From Mayamaea pseudoterrestris (taxonomy: Eukaryota), in NCBI GenBank assembly GCA_027923505.1, contig BROI01000022.1:558001-622000 (forward strand): a stretch of 64,000 bases of DNA, written 5' to 3'. Below are positions 12,237 through 22,812 of this stretch, piece after piece (position 1 is the first letter of the stretch; each line of letters starts with the position of its first letter). The translations under genes were made by a program, and so were the position numbers. The notes below the pieces were generated by a model. It was not told the DNA's origin. It did not search any database and saw nothing but the letters and a program-made list of their open reading frames with translations.

Positions 12237-12719
12237 ACTGGAGTCTACTACCGTATGAAGATAGCAGGATGGCCTTGGCAATTTGGCAATACAGAAAAGC
12301 GATTACTGCATGAGGCAAGTCTTAACGTTGATTTTGCCGCGTACTCCTGCATAGAAGTTGTTGGCAAAGGAGAGGACGACACCCAATGCGGCGGATATTT
12401 GCAGCACCAATGACACTCATGCATGGCAATTTGATTCAAAGCAAGGGAAACTAAAAATCTGCTGCATATCTGCATTGATTGAAGTAATTATAAACTAAGT
12501 TGTAAAATAGTTCAGCGTGGACATGCTCCGACGCTGCGACTCAATGATTCGTGCAGTTAATCACGTTGGGTTTACGATGTAGCGGTATATAGACCGTGTC
12601 CACGCTTTTAGTCACGCACTTGACACAAACGGCACGCTAGACGACAATCAATTGAAACGGAAGCACAAATAAGAAATTTCTAGTCGAGCTTCTCGAGCCG
12701 ACTACTGTAATCCAAAACC

Positions 12720-13238
12720 ATGATAATGACGATGACAGACTCGTCGCCGTTTGAAGGGTCCAGAGGATTGGCATTGCACCCTCATCAGCGCTACCAGCAA
12801 GTGGAGCATATCGATGACGAACATACGTACAATCACGACATCAAATGCAGCGAACGCATTTGCGACTGGCTCGACAGCTTTCAGAACTTTTGCTGCAACT
12901 TTCAGACGCTGCACGACCTTCCATTTGCAGGGAACGAAACACCGGAGCTTGATGCACGAGAACGGGAAGCAGCCAGGTCGCGAAAGCCATACTCTAGCTC
13001 AAGGGACGCTGTGTACGATTTGGAAAAGTTTGACTTGTATTTGCATTCGAGCCTTTCATTGAGCGACAGCGACGAGGAGGAGGAGGAGAACGAGCTGACA
13101 CCAATATTGCTGAGTTACCAACACAACCTGTCCATCCTACACGAAACCACGACCGAGGCACCTATCCATACGTTTGCGTCGAGGCAGCAAGGAACTTGTC
13201 CCTTGGGTGATTTGGAAATAGTCGTCTTCAACGAGTAG
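12720..13238 (+). CDS. Hypothetical protein, 172 aa
   Basis: ATG-started ORF with protein-like composition and an acidic tract, ending 27 nt from the stop of the convergent gene. Confidence 0.55.
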   Translation: MIMTMTDSSPFEGSRGLALHPHQRYQQVEHIDDEHTYNHDIKCSERICDWLDSFQNFCCNFQTLHDLPFAGNETPELDAREREAARSRKPYSSSRDAVYDLEKFDLYLHSSLSLSDSDEEEEENELTPILLSYQHNLSILHETTTEAPIHTFASRQQGTCPLGDLEIVVFNE

Positions 13239-13265
13239 CGTAAAGCGAACCTTAAATTATATAGT

Positions 13266-14414
13266 TTAACGACCCCTATGTTGCTTACCTTTCTTTCCGC
13301 CACTTGGCTTTTTCGTAAAGAGTTCTGCCTGTAGCGCATTCTTCGACTGAAACTTGCTCTTCTTCTTGTCTTGTACCGCTCGTCCGTCGCTGTCCATTTC
13401 GTACTTTTTCCTCTTGCCATTGGCATGCCGCTCACTCGTCCAAAGATCAGTGTCGTCCCTATCGTTACCAACATCGTCGTTTACAAAAGCAGCTCCACGA
13501 ACAATGTTTCCCAAGTCAGAAATAGCAGTCAAGTTGCTATTCTCCTGGCGCATGACTCGTTCGCGCTCCTTGCGATCCGATCGCTTCGTAACCAATCGCA
13601 TAAAGTTTTCCTCCTCGTGCTTTTCCTTCTCCACAGCCCGGCGAGCAACGCGCTGGGCAGCCTCTCGCTGTAAACCAAGCTTGGAGCCTCCGTGTAAGTC
13701 ATCTTGCTCAGGTGCTTCGTCAAACTGAGCGCGCAAGGTTTGCGCCACTTCGGATGCTCGCATGCGACGACGCTGACGCTTTTCGCGCTCTTTCTCCTTG
13801 TCAACCTTGTCGTGCGTGTACGGGACAGCGGCATGACGAGGCGCCTTGTAAATATTGTCCTCCTTGCTCACCGAGTCAACATGCTTCTCCTTCGCAAGCG
13901 AAAGGGTCAATCGAGCTGCCGCCAAGTCGGCATCATCGTCGACCGCATCATCATCTTCGTCAGCGCCACCTTCTTCATCCTGGCCGACGTCACTGCCATC
14001 AGCACCGACTTCTTTATCGACATCACTGTCACTGCTCGCATCGTCATCCAACGCTGCAACGTTTGGTCGAAACTGCAAGGGATCCTCCGCCGACGCAAAG
14101 GACGTCGAGGCTGCCGCCAGCAGCTTGTCAATCTGATACTTTAATTTCTTGTCGAGACCACGAATCTTATCCAAAACTACCTTCATTTCATTTAAACGAT
14201 CCAAATTCTTTTCGTTTTCGCCAGTCAAGCGTCCGCGCAAGTATAACGTCAAGTCAATCAAGTACGACAAGAGCAATGTGTTTTTCGTGTCGAGAAAGTC
14301 GAGCCCGCTCTTGTTAAACTTGGAGTCAACATGCTGCTCAATAATCTCCAACAGTGATGACTCTGTCTTTTTGATTGTTTCGTCGAGACACGTTACAAGG
14401 AGATCGGACGCCAT
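13266..14414 (-). CDS. NGDN: Neuroguidin/Lcp5 (Sas10/Utp3/C1D family, SSU processome)
   Basis: GLDFLDTKNTLLLSYL, LDKIRGLDKKLKYQIDKLL, LQFRPN, IYKAPR and EEENFMRL. Confidence 0.9.
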   Translation of the reverse strand: MASDLLVTCLDETIKKTESSLLEIIEQHVDSKFNKSGLDFLDTKNTLLLSYLIDLTLYLRGRLTGENEKNLDRLNEMKVVLDKIRGLDKKLKYQIDKLLAAASTSFASAEDPLQFRPNVAALDDDASSDSDVDKEVGADGSDVGQDEEGGADEDDDAVDDDADLAAARLTLSLAKEKHVDSVSKEDNIYKAPRHAAVPYTHDKVDKEKEREKRQRRRMRASEVAQTLRAQFDEAPEQDDLHGGSKLGLQREAAQRVARRAVEKEKHEEENFMRLVTKRSDRKERERVMRQENSNLTAISDLGNIVRGAAFVNDDVGNDRDDTDLWTSERHANGKRKKYEMDSDGRAVQDKKKSKFQSKNALQAELFTKKPSGGKKGKQHRGR

Positions 14415-14784
14415 GGCGGATGAGAATGGAACGCAAAATGGTGGATGATGATGAAGAAGATTGAGTTGTTCCGTGGTACGAGTAATGCGTGGTGCTGGAG
14501 ACATGTCGTATAGCGACTCATTCTAGCTAACTCATTGAGCCCATTTCCCCTACCATTACATCGCAAGTTAAGACGCATACGAGTAGCTACTGCAGGCAAT
14601 TCAGTTTCGAGTTATCAAAGCACACACACGACAGTCTTTCAAATTTGTAAAAAACTCATGCTTCTACAACGCACGTCGCGGGCGAACATTGCGTCACAGT
14701 TGTCCTTGATGTTCTTTGCCATCATCATCGCCATGTTCCTCCGCCGCCGCCGCCTCCTCTACTACTACTTCCAAGCTCGCTAGC

Positions 14785-16078
14785 TCACCTTCCTTCTCTT
14801 CGAATGTGTTGCTGCGCCTTAGAAATTAGCAATCGCTGAAAGGAGATCGACTGCAGAGTGATTGGTCCGCTTGTAAAGTCAATTTCAAGAAATACTCCCG
14901 ACAAGGAATTGATGCAGCGCTCTTGCAAACTCGACAAGCTACAAGACTGTGAAGACTCGATCAGCTCCGACTCTATCTTGAGAAAAGTCCAGGTTGTCGA
15001 AGGTTGTATGTGTGGCAGCCGCTCCGCGTCCGTCAACGTGCGAAATGTATCCGCGTCGATTGAATGTGTTTGAAAAAAATCAGCAATCAAGCCGCTCATA
15101 AGAAAACTTGATTTCTCTGACACCGTCATTTTTTGGAGAACTGCGAGCAGGAACGATGAAGACATGTCGTCTTCAAAACCCCATACATAGTCATCGGCAT
15201 ATAGAATATCTTTTGCAAACGCATCAACCACAGTGGCAATCACCGATTCGACGCCTAGTTCTTGCGCTGGCCCAAGATATTTGCAAAACATACTGTCGCA
15301 GTGAATTTCAACCGCTAGAGCGCGCTCCAGATCATGCTTGAGCTGAGGCACTTCAAAGTAGTCGGCAAGCCAGTAAACACTAACGAGGTCTTCAGGCGTC
15401 GGCGGCTCGAGCATCGCAAAATTTTTCTTGATTTGAATACAACCAATACATATAGTCCAGCATATATGGAAACGATGCTGCAGTGAGCTTGTGAAGCTCA
15501 AGTTTGCTAGCGCGATTATGCCCCTCGATGAAAAAGGGTCCGTCGTCACCTTTTGAACTCAAAACTCGTGCAAAATACTTGCTTCCGAAGAGGATGAGTC
15601 TGTGCACGTGATACTCAACTGTAAGCTTATCAGACACCACTGTGATCTTGTAGTCTGAAAAGCTCTCGCTCGGATCGTGACGCCAATCAATCATGGTAAT
15701 ATCATCGTGGAGAAGAAATGGCGGTGGCATCGGGCTTATATCGTCTCGCCACCGACAGGTCCACCACATTCGTGCTGGTGGTACAAGCGGTCCATGCGTC
15801 GACTGGACAATCTTAAAAGAAACGGTCGCTACGGGGTTACTGTGATACAAGACGCATTCTTCGCGGACACCAATCGTCCAGTGAGCAACACCAAATTCCT
15901 GTTGGTATAAAATATAGAAAGTCGCCTCCTTCCCTTCCCATGTCCCCTTCATCTCGTATATCGGCGAGAGCTCATTTTTGCACCTTCCAGCAAAGCGATA
16001 CTCGCCGTTCACCGCATCTAGACCTGCACCAAGCACCGTAATTCTCTCGCACTCTCCTTTCTGTAAAGTTGACGACAT
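14785..16078 (-). CDS. BTB/POZ-domain protein interrupted by a +1 frameshift near 15418-15426 (pseudogene or sequence error)
   Basis: First frame: WRHDPSESFSDYKITV, YHVHRLIL..SKYF, FPYMLDYMY. Second frame continues the BTB domain: VYWLADYFEVPQL. Confidence 0.75.
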
Positions 16079-17032
16079 TCTCAAAGAATTCCCTTCTGCG
16101 ATTTACGATCAGGAGCTCTAGCATGCACTGCTAAGTGATGCGCACGTGTGATTTCTGTTACTGCACCCACAAAAACTTGAAATTAATCTCTCGCATGCAG
16201 GTTTGTCGCCGGGTCGCATTTTTCCCATTGCCACATGCGACGATCGTGTGATTGTTTTACGAGCGACGTCGTAGCGCAACTCACTCAGTTACCGGAGCGA
16301 CAGTGATGTGAGCAGGTGCCGTAGGTGTATACAACTTTACCTTGCCAATCGAGTTGAGAAGATGCCGCCAGTGACGTTGAGATGCTACTTTGATATTTCA
16401 ATTGCACCAATGCATTGCAGCTTTAAACTGCTGATTATGTGCACACGAGTAATTGAGTTTTTTTCATGTGCTGCTAAAAGCATGAGTACATGACGGCTTT
16501 CATTGGTATGCGATTGTACCCATCCAAGACGAGCATTCCTGTGCGAGCAATGACAAACACTATCATACTTGACTTTGCTATCATCAATTATTGCATCACC
16601 AATGATATCCCAAACGACCTATAGGTGTGCGAAGCTAGTGACATCACAGAAGTGTGAATGGAACGGATCAACATGCGTCAGGCGGCGTAATCTGAGATCA
16701 CGTCTTCGATGCAGATGGCAATGCGGAGGAACTTTCGCCAGAATGACATTTCATATCTCCGATGAGGTCGTGAAGAATGACGCATTTACTATTGCCTGCA
16801 CGCGCCACGTCGGCAGGCATGTAGTACGTCAGCGATATGTGAATCATAAACGTCAAGAAGACGACCTCGACTATGGTCAAAACTGTAGCAAAACAGCTCA
16901 TCAAGATCTTCCGAGATTGAAGTCGCGCCCTCTCCTCCAACCCGCAGAGGGACGACGCACATTGATCACACTTCCTTCGAGTTTCACCGGCTTCGCTGCC
17001 ACCCTTCTTATAATTGAGCAGAGACTATCATC

Positions 17033-18340
17033 ATGAACGTTGTTGCTTCGGTCCCTCTTAATACTAAGCAGCCCGACTGGATGCTGACTAACTATGATCG
17101 CGAAACAACCTTTGCACCCGACTTGGATATTGAGCTCAAGCGCTTGACCGTCCTTCGCACCTTTCCACTGCTGCGCGCCAACGAGGCCGACGCTGACTAT
17201 GAAATGCTGGCCGAACTGGCCATGTCGCTGCTGGAGGCACCCATGGCGTGCGTCAAGCTTGCCGACCTTTCCAGTATTCGAGTCGTTGCATCAGCAGGTA
17301 GTTGGCCCAAGCATGTTACAGAAATTTTAAGACGAGAATGCTTTTGCGCGCATACTGTCCAGAGTCGCACGGATGTCTTTGTTGTATATGACACTTTAGA
17401 TGATGATCGGTTTCGATCCTTTGCACAAGTTACTGGATCTCCTAGTGTACGATTCTACGCTGGTGCTCCGCTTGTGACAGCGGAAGGAGCCAAGATTGGA
17501 TCAGTCTGCGTCTTTGACACGCAACCACGACTTCAAGGATTGTCGGAACAGCAGTGTGATCACTTGAAAGAAATTGCCAAGCTAGTCGTTGACATGATGG
17601 AAGCATCGAGGAGACAAGCGACGCAAGATGCTGGTCGTAAGCAACCACGATCCCGTTCCATGCCACTCGGTCAATCACCATCTTCCTCAAAACACACTTC
17701 ATCATCATCCCAACGCCCCCACGGCAGCACCGGCAATCTTCAAACCTTTGATCCCTCCCAAGCAGTCACAGTCTCCTCCTTCATTCGCGGCCTCAAGATT
17801 GCCATGGAAGCCTTTCCCAAACACGTGGAGGTTCACTTTCACATGCATCCCACCTGTCCACTGGAGCTCACAGTGGCCAACGACTTGGCCGTCTTTCGAT
17901 CGGCCGTGGCCGTGTTGGCCAACGCGTGCGAGCGCACCAAGTCCGGTTTCGTGCGACTCACGGTGCGGGCCGGCAAGGCGGGTCATGTGGCGTTCGTCTG
18001 CGAAGATACTGGGCCAAACTTGGATCCGACCGCTGACTTGTTTGATCCGAACTATGTACCATTGCAATGTGTGAATGAGTCTGCGGAAGAGCAAATGGGA
18101 TGCATTCGAATAGATCCAGTGACAGGCAAGGTCATGAGTGGAACCGTCTGCGTGCCATCGGTGCATGCTTCTGCGAATGGCTACTCGCTTCACGTTGTCA
18201 GCGTGTATATGAAGCAGCTTGGTGGTGAGTACGGCTTTGAGCCACGAAATGCTACAGATGGAACAAGCGGATCCATTGTATGGCTCAGCTTGCCTATAGA
18301 TGGTACTAGTGCTCGGCCTCGCTTTGGAGTTGCGGCTTGA
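17033..18340 (+). CDS. GAF-domain protein with a degenerate HATPase_c domain (histidine-kinase-like)
   Basis: GAF: CFCAHTV, DTLDDDRF, VRFYAGAPLVT..G.KIGSVCVFDTQPR. HATPase remnants: VLANAC, EDTGP, QLGGEYG, GSIVWLSLP. Confidence 0.85.
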   Translation: MNVVASVPLNTKQPDWMLTNYDRETTFAPDLDIELKRLTVLRTFPLLRANEADADYEMLAELAMSLLEAPMACVKLADLSSIRVVASAGSWPKHVTEILRRECFCAHTVQSRTDVFVVYDTLDDDRFRSFAQVTGSPSVRFYAGAPLVTAEGAKIGSVCVFDTQPRLQGLSEQQCDHLKEIAKLVVDMMEASRRQATQDAGRKQPRSRSMPLGQSPSSSKHTSSSSQRPHGSTGNLQTFDPSQAVTVSSFIRGLKIAMEAFPKHVEVHFHMHPTCPLELTVANDLAVFRSAVAVLANACERTKSGFVRLTVRAGKAGHVAFVCEDTGPNLDPTADLFDPNYVPLQCVNESAEEQMGCIRIDPVTGKVMSGTVCVPSVHASANGYSLHVVSVYMKQLGGEYGFEPRNATDGTSGSIVWLSLPIDGTSARPRFGVAA

Positions 18341-18433
18341 ACTCTCAACATGATAAAAATTGTACATAATCAATGTTGAGTTTAGCGTAATTTGTGTATA
18401 GTACTATACCCAGCCTGGTGCCCAACATCGTTC

Positions 18434-21400
18434 TTACTCGTACAACTCTTGTCGGGATGAAGGTAGTACTTGCGCTTGCTTTTGTAAAGCGTCCATTAGC
18501 TGATCCTGGCGGATAGACAGGAACGTTTCAATCTGGGCCCGCAAACGGCGCACCGAGTTGGGGTGAGATCCGATTGCAGTCTTGGAAACGTCGTCAAGGT
18601 TAAGTAGCGAGCCAAAAATGGCGATCCACAACTGTTGTTGGTCATCGTGCTTGAAAGGCTCGGATGGCATCCATCGCTTCTTAACATCCTGAGCAATCGC
18701 CATGTGCTTCCCAAACAACAGGACGTGCGCCGTAGCGCAAACACCAACCGTGTCGATATCATAAGACCAAGGCAAACCTTTCCGCATTGCAACGCACTGC
18801 ATCTCTGTTGGTGATTCAATTCCATTCAGCATAACTTCCATTGGTCCTGTATCGGCTTGCTTGGCCAACGACTCGAGGTCGACGGCGCGACCAAAGTCTA
18901 CTAGCGTCAGTTCTGCGCCATCAACAGGCATTCCGGTGGATAGCAAATCTGATTTTGAAAGAATCCAATTGTCGGCTTTCGTATCGCAATGAAGAATCTT
19001 GGCCCGCCAGTGCAGCAGCTCCAAGTGGTGAAGCATGCGGGATGTATAGTGCAACGCAAGTATCCCAGGAACATTGCACTTCAAACGCGTCTTGTAAACA
19101 TTGACCAGATCCACGACGCTTACACCAGAGGACGATGCAGCAGTCATGCTCATCATGGCACCAGACGCGGCAGCCAGGTAAGCGAGCGGACGCGGAAAAT
19201 ATGCCATTGCAGCCGACTCGCGAGAATGCAGTCGTTCAGTAATCTTGCTCATGATTTCATATTCCACAGCAAGACTTTCGGTCGGTTGCTGGACCTTGAC
19301 CGCAATTGTATTCCCTGCTGCACCGGTTTCTAATAGCACCACGATTCCAAATGCACCACGGCCCAATTCACACTTGATGATTGCCTTCTTCTTCCCGAAC
19401 GTTATCTCTGTCCCATTGCTAATTTTTGGGGTTTTGAACACACGAGGAATTACTTCCGATGGACAGGTGACAATCAGTCCTTCGGAGGCCAACACCTCGG
19501 TCAAGGAAGCACCAACAGGGAAGTGACCACGTCCGCGAGCCTTCAATCGCTGCACAGCAGACTTGATTTCGGATTCAAAATGTTTTGAGTGACTTATCGA
19601 TCCTTTCATAGCAAGGTTCAGATTGACCGTCATAGTCGCGTCATCATCTGCATAAGCAATCCCAGATAAGTCGCCAAACTTGCTTAGTGCCGTGGTATCA
19701 TCCGGACATATATTCCCATCAAGGGCCTGCATGTTAATATTGTCAACGTCGGTCGACAAATGTCTATCAAACATTGAAGGTTCTTCTTCGACAGTAGTGA
19801 GCGATCGTCCATAGCCATTACCAATCTCTGTCGGAGACGACAAGCAGCCAATAAGATCAGAAATATCAGCAGTCTCCTCACCTCGTGCGCGGCGAGGTAA
19901 TTGGTTGAACGGCAGCTTTGATAGCCTGTCAGTAGTCTCCGTCGGCGACGACAAGCAACCACTAAGATCAGAAATATCAGCAGTCTCCTCACCTCGTGCG
20001 CGTAATTGCTTTAACGGCAGCTCTGATAATCTGTCACCAATCTCTGTCGGGGACGACAAGCAACCAATAAGATCAGAAATATCAGCAGTCTCCTCACCTC
20101 GTGCGCGGCGTGGTAATTGTTTTATCGGCAAGTCTAATTGCCTGCCAGTTCCCAGCTGATCACCACTTGCAATCGAACTTTGGTCATCAGAAGAATCATC
20201 GCCCAAAATTTTGTCAAGCAATCCTGTTGGTGTAGCAGCTTCATTCGCGCCAACAGCTCCAGCCTCTCGTCTCTCGTCCGAGTCTTGCGACACACCCTCG
20301 AAAATGGTGAAACCCATACCCGACGCGTTTGTTTGAGCTTGTATTCCAGCCGGCGTTTGCTCATGCCGCATGGTTGGCGACGCAATCGCACTGACGTCTG
20401 CACCTTCTATGGAGTCTCCAGCAGTCTCGCAAAAGATTTGGAATTCAATGCCTTTACGTCCTCTAGCTTCGTTTGAATGTCCAACCTTAATGTCGCGTCG
20501 CAAAAATGAGTTGCCATTCTCAAGATTAACCATTGCGTCATCAATGGAGCGCTCTCCGTACCGACTGGCTTCCGCAATTGGCGCCGGCGCCGGACTGGAA
20601 AACATCATGGAAATATCTTTACTGGCTGCCGCAGCATTGAGTGTTTGCTCCTCCTTCCGCAGAGGCCCTCCAACGGCAATCGCTTCGTCGACAGTAGAGC
20701 TGGCTGCTGAATGAAACGACGACTCGTAGCTTCGGCCAGCAGATTGAAACGAAGACTCATAACTTTTATCTTCATAGGGAATCGTCTGGATGTGAGGTCG
20801 GGGTGGCAAGCCATTCGACGGCAAGTATACCTGGCGAGCATCTACCACATGCGAGCGTTGACCAATCGAATTGCCATGGACATGACGCAAGCCATCCATC
20901 GACGCACTCTTGGCATTGTCATTGTCGAAAGTATCTTGTAAAACTAGAGAATCACTTTGTGCAACGCCAGGCTGAGTTTCTGGTTCCAATGGTGCGGCAG
21001 GCGGGTGAACAAGCATTGGCATTGTAAAGTGGATGGTTGCCGTCTCCATTGACACGTCGCTCTCCAAATTCGCGTTGAACGAGTCGTTTATAAATACCGG
21101 CTTGTGAAACAAGTTGAAGTTTTCAGATGACGGCGCGAGCTTGTAGTAACGAGCGTTTGCGCGGGCCTCCTCGAAACACTGTTCCACGCCTCGTGAATTC
21201 ACAAGTAGAGATGGATGAAACCCTTTCGTTGGATCGACTGGAATTAAAGCCGGCCGCTGACGTCCAACACTCTTGCTGACAAGCGGCATTTTCAATGCGT
21301 ATGCTTTGCTGGAAGATCTATTGGCATTGGAAGCAACAACAGTTTCGGCAACAGACTTGTCGGAAACCATTAACGACGGGTCTTTCAAGTATCGCAGAGG

Positions 21401-22633
21401 ATCTTTCGATAACATTTCGGCGATATGACTACTTCCGTCACCGCGCTCCTGAAACGCTCGCTCATCGCGATTTTTGCGCATATGATGGGCTCTCGTCTGT
21501 CGGTAATCCTCTTCTCGTTGATGCTGAGCAACATGTTCCTCATCAATGTGAACTGAAAACGACGGTGCCTGATGCTGACTGCGCATCGACACGTCGAACG
21601 GATTGTCATAAACCGACCGTGAAAGACCACCCCGTTCGTTCCATCGTTCCGCGGCAAGAGTATTTTCTTTGCGCAAATCCTTTTCGCGCTCCAGTACCCG
21701 ATCCGTACGACCCGTCGAAAAACTGTCGTCAAACATGTTGCGACTGTTGCTTGTATGTTCGTCCGTGTAGATTGCAAAGCCACCTGCCGCCGTGAACACA
21801 TTTTCGTCATAGCCGCGTTGGTGCGATCGACTCGTGTCTCGATACGTAGCTGTCGATGATTCGAATCGACTGTGAGAAGACGACGCATAGGCAGACATTT
21901 GGGAGCGATCGTTGCGACGCGTCGCCTCGCGCGACAATCCACCCAGAGCTCCGCGCTGCGTCTCTTGCGCATACTCCTCCAGCTCCACGAGCTCCGCGTC
22001 TTGCTGATTCGCCAAGTGCTTGACGAACCGTCTCTGAAACTGCAAGTAGCGCTGCTGCAGCACTTGCAGTGGATGCGCCTTGTACTTTTCCAAACCCATG
22101 GTCAATATTTCGTTCGCCTTTTTGAAATCGCCATCCTTTTCCGCTTTGAAAGCCCACGCCGCCCAAAAGGCCGCCGTCCGCAATCCAATATGTTGTTGAT
22201 ACATGAAGCGAAAGATTTCCTGCTCGCGGCTCGACATGACCGCATACAGGCAGCAGACGCGAATGTAGCGCGGGTCGTCGCAGTATTTTTCGTGTTTCAT
22301 CATGGTGCGAAAGCACCGCTCCATCAGGAGAAACTGTCCATTCTTGTCGGCGGGAAATGATTCCTGATAGAATTTCGTATATGATAGCCAATGTATCAAT
22401 GGATCATCGTCCTCCGATAGTGTTTGATTGGCAGATTGTCGCTCGTAGCGCTGGACAATGGACTCGTAGTGACGAATGGTGGCGTCCTTGTCCGAAGAAG
22501 CCGTTTGGAAGGATTGCTCCAAGACGACAACGTTGCGGCCACGCTCGAGGGGAGCAGCATTCTCCTTGCACTTTTCCCATAAAGGAGTGTCGCTGATTGT
22601 GATGGAGGATGACGACGGCAACGATGACGCCAT
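18434..22633 (-). CDS. BUB1: Spindle checkpoint kinase MadBub (BUB1/BubR1-type)
   Basis: KEN1 WEKCKENAAPLERGR, TPR region DDPLIHW...YCDDPRYIRV, ABBA-like FAIYTD, KEN2 RKENT, CD1-like TLNAAAASKDISMMF. Kinase motifs LGRGAFG, AVK, HCDTKADN, DFGRAVDL. Confidence 0.92.
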   Translation of the reverse strand: MASSLPSSSSITISDTPLWEKCKENAAPLERGRNVVVLEQSFQTASSDKDATIRHYESIVQRYERQSANQTLSEDDDPLIHWLSYTKFYQESFPADKNGQFLLMERCFRTMMKHEKYCDDPRYIRVCCLYAVMSSREQEIFRFMYQQHIGLRTAAFWAAWAFKAEKDGDFKKANEILTMGLEKYKAHPLQVLQQRYLQFQRRFVKHLANQQDAELVELEEYAQETQRGALGGLSREATRRNDRSQMSAYASSSHSRFESSTATYRDTSRSHQRGYDENVFTAAGGFAIYTDEHTSNSRNMFDDSFSTGRTDRVLEREKDLRKENTLAAERWNERGGLSRSVYDNPFDVSMRSQHQAPSFSVHIDEEHVAQHQREEDYRQTRAHHMRKNRDERAFQERGDGSSHIAEMLSKDPLRYLKDPSLMVSDKSVAETVVASNANRSSSKAYALKMPLVSKSVGRQRPALIPVDPTKGFHPSLLVNSRGVEQCFEEARANARYYKLAPSSENFNLFHKPVFINDSFNANLESDVSMETATIHFTMPMLVHPPAAPLEPETQPGVAQSDSLVLQDTFDNDNAKSASMDGLRHVHGNSIGQRSHVVDARQVYLPSNGLPPRPHIQTIPYEDKSYESSFQSAGRSYESSFHSAASSTVDEAIAVGGPLRKEEQTLNAAAASKDISMMFSSPAPAPIAEASRYGERSIDDAMVNLENGNSFLRRDIKVGHSNEARGRKGIEFQIFCETAGDSIEGADVSAIASPTMRHEQTPAGIQAQTNASGMGFTIFEGVSQDSDERREAGAVGANEAATPTGLLDKILGDDSSDDQSSIASGDQLGTGRQLDLPIKQLPRRARGEETADISDLIGCLSSPTEIGDRLSELPLKQLRARGEETADISDLSGCLSSPTETTDRLSKLPFNQLPRRARGEETADISDLIGCLSSPTEIGNGYGRSLTTVEEEPSMFDRHLSTDVDNINMQALDGNICPDDTTALSKFGDLSGIAYADDDATMTVNLNLAMKGSISHSKHFESEIKSAVQRLKARGRGHFPVGASLTEVLASEGLIVTCPSEVIPRVFKTPKISNGTEITFGKKKAIIKCELGRGAFGIVVLLETGAAGNTIAVKVQQPTESLAVEYEIMSKITERLHSRESAAMAYFPRPLAYLAAASGAMMSMTAASSSGVSVVDLVNVYKTRLKCNVPGILALHYTSRMLHHLELLHWRAKILHCDTKADNWILSKSDLLSTGMPVDGAELTLVDFGRAVDLESLAKQADTGPMEVMLNGIESPTEMQCVAMRKGLPWSYDIDTVGVCATAHVLLFGKHMAIAQDVKKRWMPSEPFKHDDQQQLWIAIFGSLLNLDDVSKTAIGSHPNSVRRLRAQIETFLSIRQDQLMDALQKQAQVLPSSRQELYE
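19820..20135 (-). repeat. Three in-frame tandem repeats inside BUB1 (periods 111 and 105 nt)
   Basis: An identical 40-nt core, TAAGATCAGAAATATCAGCAGTCTCCTCACCTCGTGCGCG (+ strand), starts at 19852, 19963 and 20068. Confidence 0.95.
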
Positions 22634-22812
22634 GGTGAAAAAGATGAAGGTGATGGCCAACATTGTGGCGCGAGCAACGGCTCGACTCAAAGGCATCTTT
22701 AAAACGTGCTTGAGAACCGGTCTGACGTATATTGCGCCGTATCGGTACTCACTCAAACATCGCGCTCCACCATGACGATCCGATTTCGCAGAATATACAT
22801 AATCTCCCAACC

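Noticed and set aside
15418..15426. Canonical -1 programmed frameshift at A AAT TTT
   Set aside because: The heptamer is not in the required phase and the shift needed is +1.
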